Assembly: GCF_009914755.1 (NCBI RefSeq)
Contig: NC_060927.1
Reading direction: 5' to 3' (one strand)
DNA length: 64,000 nt
From: the human T2T-CHM13v2.0 reference genome, Homo sapiens
The position numbers and the translations under genes are program-made. Of this stretch, positions 38,084-54,121 are shown one piece after another. Positions within the stretch are counted from its first letter, which is position 1; every line of letters begins with the position of its first letter. The notes beneath the pieces were generated by a model. The model was not told where the DNA came from and made no database searches. It worked only from the letters and a program-made list of their open reading frames with translations.

Positions 38084-38223
38084 GTGTCTCCCTTCGACAT
38101 TGAGCCTTCGAGTGGCCAGCTTCACTCTCTGGGGGAGTGCAGGGTGGACATCACCTTGGAGGCCCTGCACTGCCAGCATCTGGAGACCGTCCTGGAGCTG
38201 GAGGTGGAAAATGGTGCCTGGAG
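38084..38223 (+). CDS. DLEC1: DLEC1 exon (~19)
   Basis: ggcag|GTG...TGG AG|gtaagg; VSPFDIEPSSGQLHSLGEC...ENGAW. Confidence 0.88.
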
Positions 38224-38973
38224 GTAAGGGTGCCGTGGGAAGAGCCACTACAACAAACTATGCATATTCGTGATGTATTTATCTATATTATATATTTATC
38301 TAGAGATGTTCTGGATTTAAAACTATTGAATCCAGAAAATTAGTATTCTATAAAATTTGTAAATTACAGAAAAGAAACTCAAAATGACGCATAATCCATT
38401 CCCTAGGGATGATCCACTGATAATATTATGTATATATCTTTCTAGGGTGTGTGTATTAAAGAGATGTAAATTAGTATAACTACTTTCGAAACTACGTTAG
38501 CATCAGCTAGTGTTTGCCCTTCTGAGTATACTCCCAGGGAAATCCTTATACATGCACAGTGGGAGATGTGTGCTCATGTTGGAATGCTCAGACTGGACTG
38601 TTCCTACAGGAAAAACTAGAAAAAACCACTGTCTGTCAACAGGAGAATGGACATTTAAAAAGTGTGACATATTTAAATAAGCACATACCATTGTATTCTG
38701 GGAGGAACATGCTAGAGGTTTCAAAGGTATTAGTAGTATTCCTTTTTTTCTTCTTCATTCTCCCTCCGCTCCCCCACTTCCCTCCTTTTCTTTCTTTCTA
38801 GTGGAAAACTTCTCACATATATAAAAACAGAAAGAATAGTATAATAAACCTCCACATACTCTTTCCTCCCTTCAATAATTGTCAACTCACTGCAAGTACT
38901 GTTTCATCCATATCCCCTATCTCCTTCTCCCCACTCCTTCCCAAATTATTTTCAAATAAAATATTCATTTTCC

Positions 38974-39200
38974 TGCTGGGCATGGTGGCTCACGCCTGTA
39001 ATCCCAGCACTTTGGGAGGCCGAGGCAGGCAAATCACGAGGTCAGGAGTTCGAGATCAGCCTGGCAACATGGTGAAACCCCGTCTTTACTAAAAATACAA
39101 AAATTAGCCAGGTATGGTGGTGCTCGCCTGTAGTCCCAGCTACTTAGGAGGCTGAGGCAGAAGAATCACTTGAATCCTGGAGGCAGAGGTTGCAGTGAAT
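38974..39200 (+). mobile_element. 3'-truncated AluS
   Basis: Alu ends at ggttgcagtga, followed by (AT)n. Confidence 0.88.
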
Positions 39201-40769
39201 GAATATATATATATATTCATTTTCTTAAGCTGGCTGGTGATAATATTTTGTTTCTAAAGTTGTGTGGAGGTAGTACATAGATGTTGTTTTATTATTCGTT
39301 AAACTATATATATGTTTAAACTGTATATATGTTTTATACTCATTTTTGCATATATTTGGTGTTTCATTGTAAAAACATTTAAATGCTCATTTAAATCTCT
39401 GTGGATGCTCTTGAATTATCCTCCAAAAAGACTGTGTCATTTTATACTTCTGCCTACAGTGTGTGAGACTAGCCATTACCCCACACTCTCACCATGACAA
39501 ATGTTGTTGGACTTTGTATACTTGACCATCTGACAGTTGTTCAAATGTCCCCTCCTGTGATAACAAATACAGGTCTAGGTATGAGTCTTTGCATTGGTCC
39601 TTCAGGGCAATTTGCGGGCATTAGATGTGAAGGCTAAGTCTGCCTGCAGCTCAGGGGAAGGGCTTTCTATTAAGTCTGTGCTTATTTCCTTTCCTTTTCT
39701 GTCTCTGTTCTTTCTCCTGAAAGGACCTTGTATTATCAGAATGTTTACAGTAGCAGGTGATGGAAACACAGACATTACCAACTTAGGCAAAAAAGAGGAA
39801 GCATTGGCTCACGTAACTGGGCATTCCCACCTTGCTGAATCCAAGGGCCCAACACTTTTCCCTTTGTCTGGTCTTCTGCTTCCTCTCTTTCTCTACCCTC
39901 TTTCCCCCTTCTCTACCTCCATCCCAGCCCCAACCCATCTACTGCTCTTTTTTTGTGGGCCCTTCTCTCCCCTATTGACAAGGGCCCTTCGCACTCTGCC
40001 TTGGGGAGAGGCCACTTAGAGCTCCAGGCTCACACACTCCCACCTTAACAATCTCTGAGAGCCAATCTGGCTCTTTGCAGAGATAGGCCCTGATTGCTCT
40101 TGCTCTTGTGTGGGTCATGTACCCGCCCCTTCCCCTGCTGGGTGACAGGGAGGATCTGTCTCCAGAAGAGGCAATCATGTTTCGAAATTTCAAGCTTTGT
40201 TGTTCTTGCGTCTTTCCTTTTCTATAGTAATCTGTTATAGTCTTATCAATGCAACAGCCTCTCAGATTCCCCCAAGAAAATGAATTTCTGTTTTCCCAGA
40301 TGTTGGAGTTCTTCTTTACTTTTTGAGTTTTCTTCTGCTTCTAGTAATCTTTGCCTGTCCAGTCCTGTTTTTGAATGGAGGAGGAAGTTGATTTGCATAA
40401 GGAGCTGGTGTTGTAAGTTTCTTCTGAGTAAAAGGGGGTAGATGTGGAGAGCACCCCTATTCTAAGGGATGAAGTACATGTGAGTCACCACCCTCAGAGC
40501 ACACAGCTAGCCTGAATCCATCAGAGAAAGGGACCTTTGGGGAAAACAGCCCTAAACAAACAGTGGAGAAAACCCATACTGGGCAGCTACACAAATCAAT
40601 TCGTGCCTTCATTCATAAATAAGAATGAAGGAATAGCATCTTTCTGGTTGTTTCCTCCTCATGACAGTTGAGAGGTCCAGTGTTACTGCAGGCTCTGCCC
40701 TGGCCTCTCTCCAGCGTGATACCCACAGTCTTCAGTGGGGGCAAATACTGTGGCAGCCCAGTCTTTTTC

Positions 40770-41052
40770 TTAATTTTCAATTTTAATTTTTATTATTTGT
40801 ACAAATTTATGGGGTACATGTGCAATTGTGTTACGTGCGTAGATTATATAGTGGTCAAGTCAGGGCTTTAGGGTATCCATCACCCAAATAGCATACATTG
40901 TACTCATGAACTAATTTCTCATCACCCATTTCCCTCCTATGCCCTCACCCTTCCGAGTCTCCGTTGTCTATCATTCCAATCTCTATGTCCATATGTACAC
41001 GTTTTTAGCACCCACTTGAGTGAGATCATGTGATATTTGACTTCTGTGCCTG
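40770..41052 (-). mobile_element. L1MA-like 3' end
   Basis: ggggtacatgtg...catcacccaaatag...cccacttgagtgagatcatgtgatatttg. Confidence 0.7.
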
Positions 41053-41394
41053 GGGCAGCCCACTCTTCCATGTGTTGCTCTGAGCTCTGGGGCTGGAGCC
41101 CTGACCTGGCTAAGCCAATGGATCTTCAGCAGTGCTTTGCTCAGCTCCCCCGCCCTTTGATGCCCTCATTCCATCATTAAGGATTGCATTGCACGTAACC
41201 TGTGCAGGGATTTCAAGCAGCAGTTTTGTTCTCCTCTGTTTTATCAGTTAACCTGATCACATTATTTCTTTCTCCTATTTTCTTTTCCTTGTTTGCATAA
41301 CATTTTATTTGCTTTATTATCTTTTACTTCAAAATTTTCACAAATAGGGCATTTGCTAGATATTACATTTCTTTGCATTCACAATTTGTCTGTT

Positions 41395-41933
41395 TGGCAC
41401 AAAGCTAGCTTTCTGCCTGTGTCAGCTTTGAATGTGCCTTCCTCACTAAGCTTAATCATTTTTTAGCTTAATCATTTTGATTTAAAGTGAGATACGTACG
41501 ACTCTTCTTTTCACTTGAAGACTTAGAGGCTATTGTAGGGTTATCAGTTGGTCTAATTTCAATATTGTTGTGTCTCAAGGAATAGGGAGGCCTGAGGAGA
41601 GGGAGAGAGACGGAAATGACCAGTAAGTAGAGCAGTCAAAATGCACACAGCATTTACCAGTTGAGCCCATTATCGTATATGATTGCTGTTTATGGCACCC
41701 CAAAACAATTACAGTAGTAACATCAAAGATCACTAATCACAGGTTACCATAACAGCTATAGCAAAAAAGTTTGCAAGACATGACACAGAGACATGAAATG
41801 AGGACATGCAATTGGAAAAATGACATTGATAGGCTTGCTCAATGCAGCGTTGTCACAAACCTTCGATTTGTAAAAATCACAGTATCTGTGAAGTACAATA
41901 AAGCAGAGCATAATAACATGAGGTATGTTTGTA
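41395..41933 (-). mobile_element. Tigger1 DNA transposon 5' fragment
   Basis: Tigger1-like terminus caataaagcagagcataataacatgaggtatgtttgta and internal aagcttaatcatt. Confidence 0.75.
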
Positions 41934-41972
41934 ACTGAATTTCTTATATAGGTCAATTTAGACTTTTTTCTT

Positions 41973-44040
<2,068 letters not shown>

Positions 44041-44049
44041 TTGATATGG

Positions 44050-44690
<641 letters not shown>

Positions 44691-45109
44691 GTTCAGACAT
44701 GTAAAGAGCTTGCCCATCAAGCTCCTGCTCTCACAACAAGGAAAGACTGAACAAACTGAAACAATGATTTTTCTTAGATCTATCAGAGAGTTGAGGTTGC
44801 AGGACAAGTGGCCACCCCAAAAGCTGGAGATATAGGCAAATACTGAGAATACAGATCAGTTTACCTGAAGCAGAAGAACACTTAAATGGTAGTTTCAACA
44901 AATTCCTGGTGGCTAAGTGTAGGCTAGCTTAAGAGTTTAAAAATCCTGGGGGCTCAGTAGGTTCTCATGGTGAAAACTGGAAAAAAAATTCTCTCTTGTT
45001 TAGCCAGGGTGGGATGGGGAGGGGAAGTAACCATTCTGAAATACGCCCAGAGGAAAAGTGAAATAAGCCACTTTGAAATAAGCCCAGAGTGTTCTTGCAA
45101 CAATTTCTC

Positions 45110-45375
45110 TTACACCCGAGATTTCTACTTTTTGAGCAATTATAAATGGTACTATATTTTAAATTTCGATTTCCACATGTTTGTTGTTAGTATATAAAAA
45201 TGTGATTCATTTTTGTATATTGATCTTATATCCTGAAACTTTGCCGAACCCACTCATTAATTCTAGAGTTTCTAAAAATATAGATACCTTGGGATTTTCT
45301 ACATAGACTGCATGTCATCTAGAAATAGGGACAGCTTTACTTCTTCTTTTCTAATCAGTATGCCTTTTGTTTCCT
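45110..45375 (-). mobile_element. L1M ORF2 fragment abutting a DLEC1 splice acceptor
   Basis: ttgtatattgatcttatatcctgaaactttgccgaa...catgtcatct...ctttacttcttcttttctaat, typical antisense L1. Confidence 0.75.
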
Positions 45376-45385
45376 CGTGTTCCAG

Positions 45386-45539
45386 CTACCTTCCTGTGTA
45401 TGCTGAGGTACAGAAGCCCCATGTGTACCTACAGAGCAGCCAGGTGGAGGTTAGAAATCTCTACCTGGGTGTGCCCACGAAGACAACCATCACACTTATC
45501 AATGGCACGCTCCTGCCTACCCAGTTCCACTGGGGCAAG
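45386..45539 (+). CDS. DLEC1: DLEC1 exon (~20)
   Basis: tccag|C TAC...AAG|gtgagt; YLPVYAEVQKPHVYL...TQFHWGK. Confidence 0.92.
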
Positions 45540-46206
45540 GTGAGTGAGCCCACAGCATCAGGCAGCAGTCTGCAGCCCTCAGCCACAGAGGCCCACATAG
45601 AGGGGGGCATTGTCCCCCAAATATCCTCACAGAACAGAGATACTCAGCCTCCCTCCCACAGCCTGTCCCTTGCTCGTAGTGTGCATAAAAGCTCCTCAAA
45701 GGAGCAGCATATCTGGTCCAGCTTTTTCTTGCCCTGCCTCTAGGGAATTCCAGTTCCCTGACCAAGAAGGAGTTTCTGGTGAACATAGCTAGAGCCTCCC
45801 AGCCAACATAGCCCATGACTGGCCCAGGTAGCTGTTGGAGCCCAGTTGTGGTGCTGCTCCTGCCCGTGGCTGACTGGGGAGCTCTGAGTGTCATGGGACA
45901 TAAGGCCACATCCATGTGCACCAGAAGCATCTGCCCTCTGCTCCCCATCCCTCGGGGCCTTCAAGGGCAGTTTCTTTTGTCCAGATAACCTCCCAACAAG
46001 TGGTAAAGTCCATCCAGGGTTGGGGAGGAGAGGAGAAGGGACCCGTGGTTTATCCCCAGAAGTGAGCACCCAGCCCTGTCGGTTTTGCTGTGGGCCCCAG
46101 TCTGCCAGTCTCCAGCATTGCATGCAGCAGTGCTGAGCACTCTCTGGATACTGGTCCATTCTGGGAGCCCAGTAAGTGACAACAGGCTCACTCATGTGTC
46201 TGCCAG

Positions 46207-46317
46207 CTCCTCGGACACCAAGCAGAATTCTGCATGGTGACAGTCTCCCCCAAACATGGCCTGCTGGGCCCAAGTGAGGAGTGCCAGCTCAAGTTGGAGT
46301 TGACTGCTCATACCCAG
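46207..46317 (+). CDS. DLEC1: DLEC1 exon (~21)
   Basis: gccag|CTC...CAG|gtgagt; LLGHQAEFCMVTVSPKHGLLGP...TAHTQ. Confidence 0.88.
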
Positions 46318-47233
46318 GTGAGTAAGGCAATGTAGGGCCTGAGTGACCGGGAAGGCACCCTGCCAACCATACGCACCTGTGCCACCAGGGAGGCCCTAGC
46401 TTAGGCCACATTGCTGGTTCTTGTGGGTGGGGAAGAGATTTCTTGCATTTGGGTCTGGGGTCCCCATTCCTGCTGGGTCTGCTCCCTAGGGACACATGGT
46501 CAGAGAGCCTGGAGTAGGCCTGGGGATGTGCCCTGAGACCCACTGGCCATGCCTGGCCTTTGGCATGAGTTTTTGCCCTCCCCAGGCCATTCTCTGTGGC
46601 CGCAGGTGGGCCCAGCTTTCTGATTTGCCCAGAGATCCAGAGCAGAGCTGTTGCTCACAGCAGGCACTGTGCCAGGTACTACCCAGGGAGGCTAACTGGT
46701 ACCTAGGTTTCCCGCTGGAGGCCACCAGGGTGGAATATGCTCAGTCATAGGGCCGTTCCTAGCTGTCCCTTTGTGGTTCTTGTGGGAAAAGAAACTTCCT
46801 CCTTACAGAGACTTGCAAACTCAGGTCTCAGCTCCCCCTGGCAAATATGGGGATGGCCGGCCTGAGCTCTGGGACGACAGACAGGCAGGCCCAGGTGTGG
46901 AACAGATCTTGCTCAGGGAGGGTTTGATTTCTAGGGTAGCAGCTTCATCAGAGGAAGTGCGCAGCTTCTCCAGAGGCCCTCTCTGAGGGGTCTCCCTTCA
47001 CGTGGGCATGCCCAGATATTTGGGGCAGACTCAGACAGCCATAAGGCCTGAGGAAAGGGCCAGGCTTCCTGGGGCTGAGGGCGGGTCGACTGGCTGGGCT
47101 CACTGGAGGGACTGGAGATGAGCCTGGCCAGAGGTCAAGGCTCCACAGCAATCCCCTGTGCTGCGGAAGACCATCTGGGCTCATCTTCAGAGGCCCCAGG
47201 CCTGGTCTGACCCCTGGATGGGCTTTCTTATAG

Positions 47234-47364
47234 GAAGAGCTGACCCATCTGGCCCTCCCTTGTCACGTGTCAGGCATGAAGAAGCCACTGGTTCTAGGCA
47301 TTTCTGGGAAGCCCCAGGGACTGCAAGTGGCCATTACCATCTCTAAGGAGAGCTCTGATTGCAG
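47234..47364 (+). CDS. DLEC1: DLEC1 exon (~22)
   Basis: tatag|GAA...TGC AG|gtgagc; EELTHLALPCHVSGMKKPLVLGISGKPQGL. Confidence 0.88.
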
Positions 47365-47900
47365 GTGAGCCCAGGGTTGGTGGTCTGGGGGTGGCAGTGG
47401 ACTGAGGAATGAGGCAGCCGCGCCCAGGACCAGCACGGCACTGTGGTATCAGTCTGCGCCCATCTGATTCCTGCAGGCAGGAAAACGCCACAGTGTTATT
47501 GCGGCCACTCACCACTCCTGTGGGGACAGCTCCCTTTACCCCATCCCTGCCCTCTGTGTGGTCTCCCCACACACACTTGGAGGCGTGGTGCCCTGGCAGG
47601 CAGGAGATGGCAGGGGACAGGGCTGTAGGTACCCTGGGCTTGCCCACATGAGGCCCAGCAACTGGGAGCCATGCCAGCATGCCGCTGGCCAGGGACGGTT
47701 TGTGCAGAGTTTGAGGCCTCTCTCAGCATCATGGGTGGGCAGGAAAGGTGGGTCTGTGGTTGGCAGCTCAATGAAACAGGAGTCTGAGGATGAAGCCTGG
47801 TGTCTGGGCAGCTTCTGCATGCCCACCCAAGATGGCTCCCTGGGCAGGGCCAAGGGTGGTGTGTTACATAGTACCAATGGGCACAGGACAGTGTTTTCAG

Positions 47901-48083
47901 CACAGAGCAGTGGCCAGGCCACCCAAAGGAGCTCCGCCTGGACTTTGGCTCAGCGGTGCCACTGAGGACCCGTGTGACTCGCCAGCTCATTCTCACCAAT
48001 CGCTCCCCAATACGGACCCGTTTCTCCCTCAAGTTTGAGTACTTCGGGAGCCCCCAAAACAGCCTGAGCAAAAAGACCAGCCT
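47901..48083 (+). CDS. DLEC1: DLEC1 exon (~23)
   Basis: ttcag|C ACA...AGC CT|gtaagt; KELRLDFGSAVPLRTRVTRQLILTNRS. Confidence 0.9.
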
Positions 48084-48565
48084 GTAAGTCTTGCTTCTTT
48101 CACTTCCCAGGGCAGATGAAGCTGGATGGGGTGTACCCTGTTGAGCCTCTGTGTGGCTTAGGTGGCCAGTGGCTGGTCGGTGTGAGAGATGGGAGTGTGT
48201 GTTTTTACAGGTAGACATGGGGACAGGCAGAGAGGAAATGGCTCCTGCTGTCCACCTCCCGGGCCCTGAGTGGGCGTGTGGGAGAGGCTGGGATTGCGGC
48301 CCCTTTTCCTCAGCCTGGCCTGCTGGAGTGGAGGCTTCTGATGGACCAGGCAGATGGGCCTGTAGTGAGGGAGAGGTTACTGTAGACAGAAGGAACTGTG
48401 CAGGCCAAAGGGTGGGAGGAATAGTTCAGGAGTAGGGAGTCTTCAGGGACCACTGATAGCGTGCCTGGGCTGACATGTGGAGAGTGAGATGGGGTGCCCC
48501 ATAGATCAGACAGTGATCAGCAAAGCTACTATGTGTAAGGACAGAGGCAAGATCTAGAGTGCTGC

Positions 48566-48815
48566 TTACACAGACACACACACACACACACACGTACATA
48601 TACACACACATGCATACACACATACATATACACATGCATACACACATACACACATGCATATACACATATACATACACATGCATAGACACAAATATACACA
48701 CATACACATATGTATACACATATACACATGCACACACACATATACATAAACATACATACATATGCACATACATACATGCTCATATACACACACACCCACA
48801 TACACACATACACAT
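48566..48815. repeat. Degenerate (CA/TA)n dinucleotide repeat
   Basis: Directly visible. Confidence 0.95.
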
Positions 48816-49478
48816 AGGTGTGCCAGAACCAGCTAGCACTGGTTCAGGAGAACTGATTGTTAAATATTCAGGAATTTTGCAAATCTCTAACTTGAAATCA
48901 AACATTATAATTTAGGACTTTTTTTTTCTGGAATCTCCACTGTGTGGACACCTCACCACCTAATCTAGTGAAGCAAGAGGGCCCAACTTAGAAACCACGG
49001 CTATGGGTGGAAGGCGACCCATGAACAGTTTATAAGGCATTAACTTTCTATTGTGGAAAGCTAGTGTGTACCCAATGCTGGACAGATGTCAGCAGGAAAA
49101 ACTGGAAATGGGCCTGTTGCAGAATTCTGGGCTAGAGATGGGGAGTCTGGGCTGGGTTTGTGTCCAGGAGTAACCATGGCACAGAGCCTGTGGGCAGGGA
49201 GTCCTGCTTCAGAGCCCGCCTGGGTTTCTGGGGAGGTAATCCCTGCAGCTGGCGGGTGGCCCGCAGCTGGGGATGTTTGAATGGTAGGGGTACAGTGGGA
49301 GCAAAGACCAGAGAAGGAGGTAAAGGAAAGAACTGACCAGCTCTCCCCTGGGAAGAGCAGGCAGGGCCACCTTCCTCTGCTGGGCACCTGGTAGAATGCT
49401 GGTTGCTCTAGAACCTGGCTCAGGTCTTGGGACAGGCTTGTCTGACTTGATACTATTTCTGTGTCTCCACTTGTAAAG

Positions 49479-49549
49479 TCCCAACATGCCTCCTGCCCTG
49501 CTAAAGACAGTGCGGATGCAAGAGCACCTGGCCAAGCGAGAGCAGCTGG
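49479..49549 (+). CDS. DLEC1: DLEC1 exon (~24)
   Basis: taaag|T CCC...CTG G|gtaagc; PNMPPALLKTVRMQEHLAKREQL. Confidence 0.85.
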
Positions 49550-50011
49550 GTAAGCGCCACCAGGGTGGGGCTTCGGGGCCCAGGCCACGGCCAGAGCCAC
49601 AGCCTTCTGTGGATGTGGGCTGGCAGCTGCCAGGGAGCGGGACCAGGACCAGAGACTGCTCTCAGATGGCCAAGGCGCTCCACCTGACAATGCCTCTTCC
49701 TGTTGAGGCCACTTCCCTTCTAGGGCACAGGCTCATGCACAGGGCCTGGACTCCATTTGGGATGGGAGTGGCTCATGAGGGAGGGCTCCCATGGGGACCC
49801 AGCCTCTCAGGGAGTAGAGAGGCTGACCACGCAGGACCCTGAGTAGCTTGCCTCTGGATTCCAGGCTCCCAGGAGGAGGGCACATGTAGCCTGACCAAGG
49901 AGAGGCTGGAGGGTGGCTTATCGGGGACAGTGCTTTGCTCACACACGAGGGTTTGGACCTCACTCCCAACCCCAGGCCCGTGAATCCCCCACAGTCGCGG
50001 TTCTTTCCCAG

Positions 50012-50163
50012 ATTTTATGGAGAGCATGCTATCCCACGGGAAAGGAGCTGCTTTCTTCCCTCACTTTTCCCAGGGCATGCTGGGGCCCTACCAGCAGCTG
50101 TGCATTGACATCACAGGCTGTGCCAACATGTGGGGCGAGTACTGGGACAACCTCATCTGCACG
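50012..50163 (+). CDS. DLEC1: DLEC1 exon (~25)
   Basis: cccag|AT TTT...ACG|gtaagg; MESMLSHGKGAAF...ANMWGEYWDNLICT. Confidence 0.92.
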
Positions 50164-51210
50164 GTAAGGGTACACAAGAGGGCAGTGGCCTGGGGGGTGG
50201 AGAGTCTGCCCAGCCCTCGCCTTCAGCCTCTCTCCCCTCCAACACCTGGCCCTCAGACTCTCAAACCTCACCAGGTTGAAACGCGATGCCCACCGAGCTT
50301 GGGATGGGCATTCGTGTCTGAGGCAGCCTCTGGGGTTCTGGCTGAGGCATTTCAGGCAGGAGGGGTCCTCATAAGCAGTAGAACTTTCCACACCTTTTCC
50401 CAGGAGATGCAGGGCTGGGGCCATATCGAGGAGGGAAGAGGAGACAGTAGGCTGCTGCCTGGGCCAGGACCCAAGACCTGGAGTAGGGAGTGTGGAGTGG
50501 AGGGACAGTAGCAGCCTCCCAGAGCCAGGTCCTTGCCCCGCCCTTGGTGGGGCTCACCCAGGGGTCCATTTAATTGCTCCAGCACTCAGCATAAATGGAG
50601 TATCTACTGTGTGTGGGTTCCTGTGTGGGCCGCTGTAGTGTGGAGGATACAGGGATGAATAAGGTAACCAGCAAGGCACCCCTAGTTTAGTCTGGAGGGA
50701 TGAAACCTGCATACGTTATCCTACCGTTAAGTTGTTAAATAGAAGATTTTCATGAACTATTTAGTAAATTGAACAGATTAATTATAGTAGATATTTGCTT
50801 TAAATTGTGTGTGTTCTGTATGACAAAGAATTGATCATGTTAATATAAAAAGGGATCTTAAGTAACAGGAAGCTGGGGAAGAGTATCCCAAGTGGGCAAG
50901 GTTTGAATAAACAACTCCAAGAAAGACAAATACAGACAGACGGCCAATAAACATATTAAAATCTGTCACCACCACTGATAATTAAAGAAATGCAAAATAA
51001 AAGAGCCACAAAATACTGGTTTTGACACATTAGCGAGGTTTAAAAGTTGTTGGTGAAGATACAGGGGAAAGGGTGCTTTGAGCCCCCTTCTCCACGTCTG
51101 TCAGTAGAGGAGTGGATACAGACATTGGGCCACATCCCTAAGGGAATTCTGCACAGCCTGTTATATGATGCTGTAAACTCTTTATTAGTAAAAATTAATC
51201 CTATATTGTT

Positions 51211-51380
51211 CGCTGGGTGCAGTGGTTCATGCCTGTAATCCCAGCACTTAGGGAGGCTGAGGTGGGAGGATCACTTGTGCCCAGGAGTTAGAGGTTGCAG
51301 TCAGCCAAGATCATGCCACTGCACTCCAGCCTGAGCGATGGAGCAAGACTCTGTCTCAATAATAATAATAATAATAATAA
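51211..51380 (+). mobile_element. Alu monomer / internally deleted AluJ
   Basis: (TAA)n tail; TSD aatcctatattgtt. Confidence 0.85.
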
Positions 51381-51657
51381 TCCTATATTGTTAAAAGAAA
51401 AGATTATTAAAGGCATGTGCAGCATGCTCCCCATTTATATCTGGGTCTTCACAAAAGAAGTGTAGACACTTGTACACTGAAATGCTAACAGTAAGTCATG
51501 CTGCAGAGGTAGGATTGGAGGTGATTATCACACTCTTATATTTTCTAAAAATAAGATTTATTACTTTTGATTAGCAGAGAAAAGTAATAAAGTTCTTTTC
51601 ATTTAAAAGACAGAAATTTGATCAAAGGGACTACCAGAGGCCGAAGAGCCTCAGGCT

Positions 51658-51800
51658 TGCCAGGTGCAGTGGCTCACACTTGTAGATCCAACACTTTAGG
51701 AGGCTGAGGCAGGAAGATTGCTTGAGGCCAGTAGTTTGAGACCAGCCTGAGCAACATAGTAAGACCCTGTGTCTACTAAAAAAAAAAAAAAAAAAAAAAA
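51658..51800 (+). mobile_element. FLAM / Alu left monomer
   Basis: Alu left arm plus poly-A. Confidence 0.85.
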
Positions 51801-52009
51801 GTCCTCAGGCTGGGAGCTTTGTGCAGGCTGCCTGGCTGGGAGGGAGAGTGGAGATGGCGGGAAGTGGGAGAGAAGACAGAGTGGTACACAGTGAGGCTGG
51901 GACCAAACTGTGGGGCCCCTGGGCTGGCTGGACAAGTGGAGGCCTTGCCCAGAGGGGATGTGGTCGCAACCGGTGACAGGAGTGACAAAGGGCTGGGGTG
52001 TGTTTGCAG

Positions 52010-52128
52010 GTGGGAGACCTGCTGCCGGAAGTCATCCCAGTGCACATGGCAGCGGTGGGCTGCCCCATCAGCTCCCTGAGGACCACCTCCTACACTATTG
52101 ACCAGGCCCAGAAGGAACCAGCCATGAG
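52010..52128 (+). CDS. DLEC1: DLEC1 exon (~26)
   Basis: tgcag|GTG...ATG AG|gtgctc; VGDLLPEVIPVHMAAVGCP. Confidence 0.9.
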
Positions 52129-52650
52129 GTGCTCCATGCTCAGCCTGAGCCTCTGCTCCCTGGTAGCCCCTGAAACCCTCCGGCCTCCGGGCTGGGCTGC
52201 CCACGTTGGCTTGTTATTCTCCAGCTGGCCTAGGGCCATTGGTGCCACCTACAAGAAGGTTCCAGGCCAGGGTTTCCCTGGGGGAAGGTGGCCTCAGGGG
52301 ACGTGGCCACCACCTGGACATCTCTGAGGGATTTTGTGGGGCAGAAGTGGCGAGTAGTCAGTGTGGTCCGAGGTCAGCACCAGCCCTGGGGCCCCTGGCA
52401 CAGTTGAACTGGAATCAGCATAGTCTGCTCAGGGCAGGTGGGTGGGTTGCCAGGGCACAGGGCAGCCCCAGAGCCCAGCTCACCTGGTGCCGCCTGGGGA
52501 AAGCACCAGCCCCAGGTCTCATTAATTCTCGAGTGAGGCCAGACCACTGTGGTATTTCCCCCTGCCTGAGCCCCCAGTCCCAGCCCTCCTCCCTACCTGC
52601 AAGGTGTACGCTGGCTGTGGCTGTACTGAGTCCAGTCTGTCCCCCTCCAG

Positions 52651-52721
52651 GTTCGGCACCCAGGTCTCCGGAGGAGACACAGTTACCCGAACCCTTCGCC
52701 TGAATAACTCCAGCCCCTGTG
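52651..52721 (+). CDS. DLEC1: DLEC1 exon (~27)
   Basis: tccag|G TTC...TGT G|gtaaga; FGTQVSGGDTVTRTLRLNNSSPC. Confidence 0.9.
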
Positions 52722-54121
52722 GTAAGACATGCATGAGAGAAGTCAGTGTTCTTGCCACAGGCTGTGCCTTGTGGTGAGCCAGGCTGGGAGGGAAGGTGGG
52801 AGGGAAGCCGATGGCCCATGAACAGGACCCAGGTGTCCAGGGGGCCTGTGGTTACGGAAGTGTGGATGGGCCCACAGATGCCCTGCTCTCATCAGGGTTG
52901 CTGTTTGGAGGAACAGACAATAAGAGGGGATCCCTTTCTCATTCCTCCAGCCGGCAGGACCTGACCTGCCTGAGAGCTGCTGGGGATACAGCGGGGACAG
53001 GACAGCAGGGTTTCTGCCGAGGGGCTTCCCTCCTGATGGGTGGGACAGATGTGACTGTGGACTGCAGTGTGTGGAGTGTGTGGCATACAACTGAAGGGAA
53101 GGCCGGAGTGCTGGGGGAACGTGTTGAAGGGCCAGGCTCCCCTGTGGAGGGGAGGCAGAGTGTAGGCTGAGTCTAAGAGGGAAGGGTAAGCCGATGTGGG
53201 CCAGGGGAGCATGTGGGGGCAAAGAGTGCTCTGGGCCTGAGAAAGGGTTAGGAGAGGAAGCTGGTGACACTGAAGAGGGGGCCCTGGCCATGCCTGCCCC
53301 TGAGGAGAGCTGCGAGCAGGACTGAAGGCAGGAGGGGAGGGGAAGATGGGTTCGATGCAGGCAGATGTCTAGGTTTGGGACAGGACTTTGGGGACTTCTC
53401 AGCTTGGGGGCTTCTGGGAGATGAGGTGGGGCTACCGGCTGGGTGTGGGAAGGCAGATGGAGGTGTCAGAGGAGGGCAGGGACAGCTTGACATTGTCATG
53501 GTGCAGGCTGGAGAGAGAGCAATGGGGAGCCCCAGCTTAGGTTGGGGACAGATTGATGGGGGTGGCAATCTGTTCAGCTGGGGGACTTCCCCCAGTGGTA
53601 CTCAGAGGGACGGCACAGTTCAGTTCTTTCAGGGTTAGGTGTTGCCAGGTGGGTGCAAAGGGAGATACGAGGATGCTGGCAAGACAGAGGTGGACATGGC
53701 GGCCCCCAAAGACTAGTCTGCCTGGGGAAGGACGTGAAAGCTGACATAGGCTGATGGATAGATGGGGAGAAGGAAGGGCATGTGGGGGTTAGAGAGCCCA
53801 GCCTGCCCACAAACAGGCCGGAAGGAGAAGCAGCTGTGGGAGAGAGCAGAGCACCTGCATTCAGGCATCTGGACATGGAGACCTGGTCTTGTGACCATGA
53901 GGACTTCAGGTGATAGAGCCAAACGGCATAAGCCTGTAAAGCCTTTTTAAAATTTTAAATGAGAATTGCCTGGAAGTGGCATTAGAGAGGCAGAGAGGCA
54001 CCCCCTCCACCTGGGTATGGGAGAATAGGTCATCTCTGTCTGGGGGTATGAGGAGGAGGGGGCCCCGGGGGGTTGTCTGCTCCTCCCTTATTCCTCACCC
54101 TGCTCCACACATCTGCCCCAG

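Noticed and set aside
48426-48915. His/Thr-rich and Val/Cys/Tyr-rich ORFs
   Set aside because: Translations of a degenerate (CA/TA)n repeat.
48815-48915. Possible MER63-like DNA transposon fragment
   Set aside because: Too short and degenerate to call confidently by eye.
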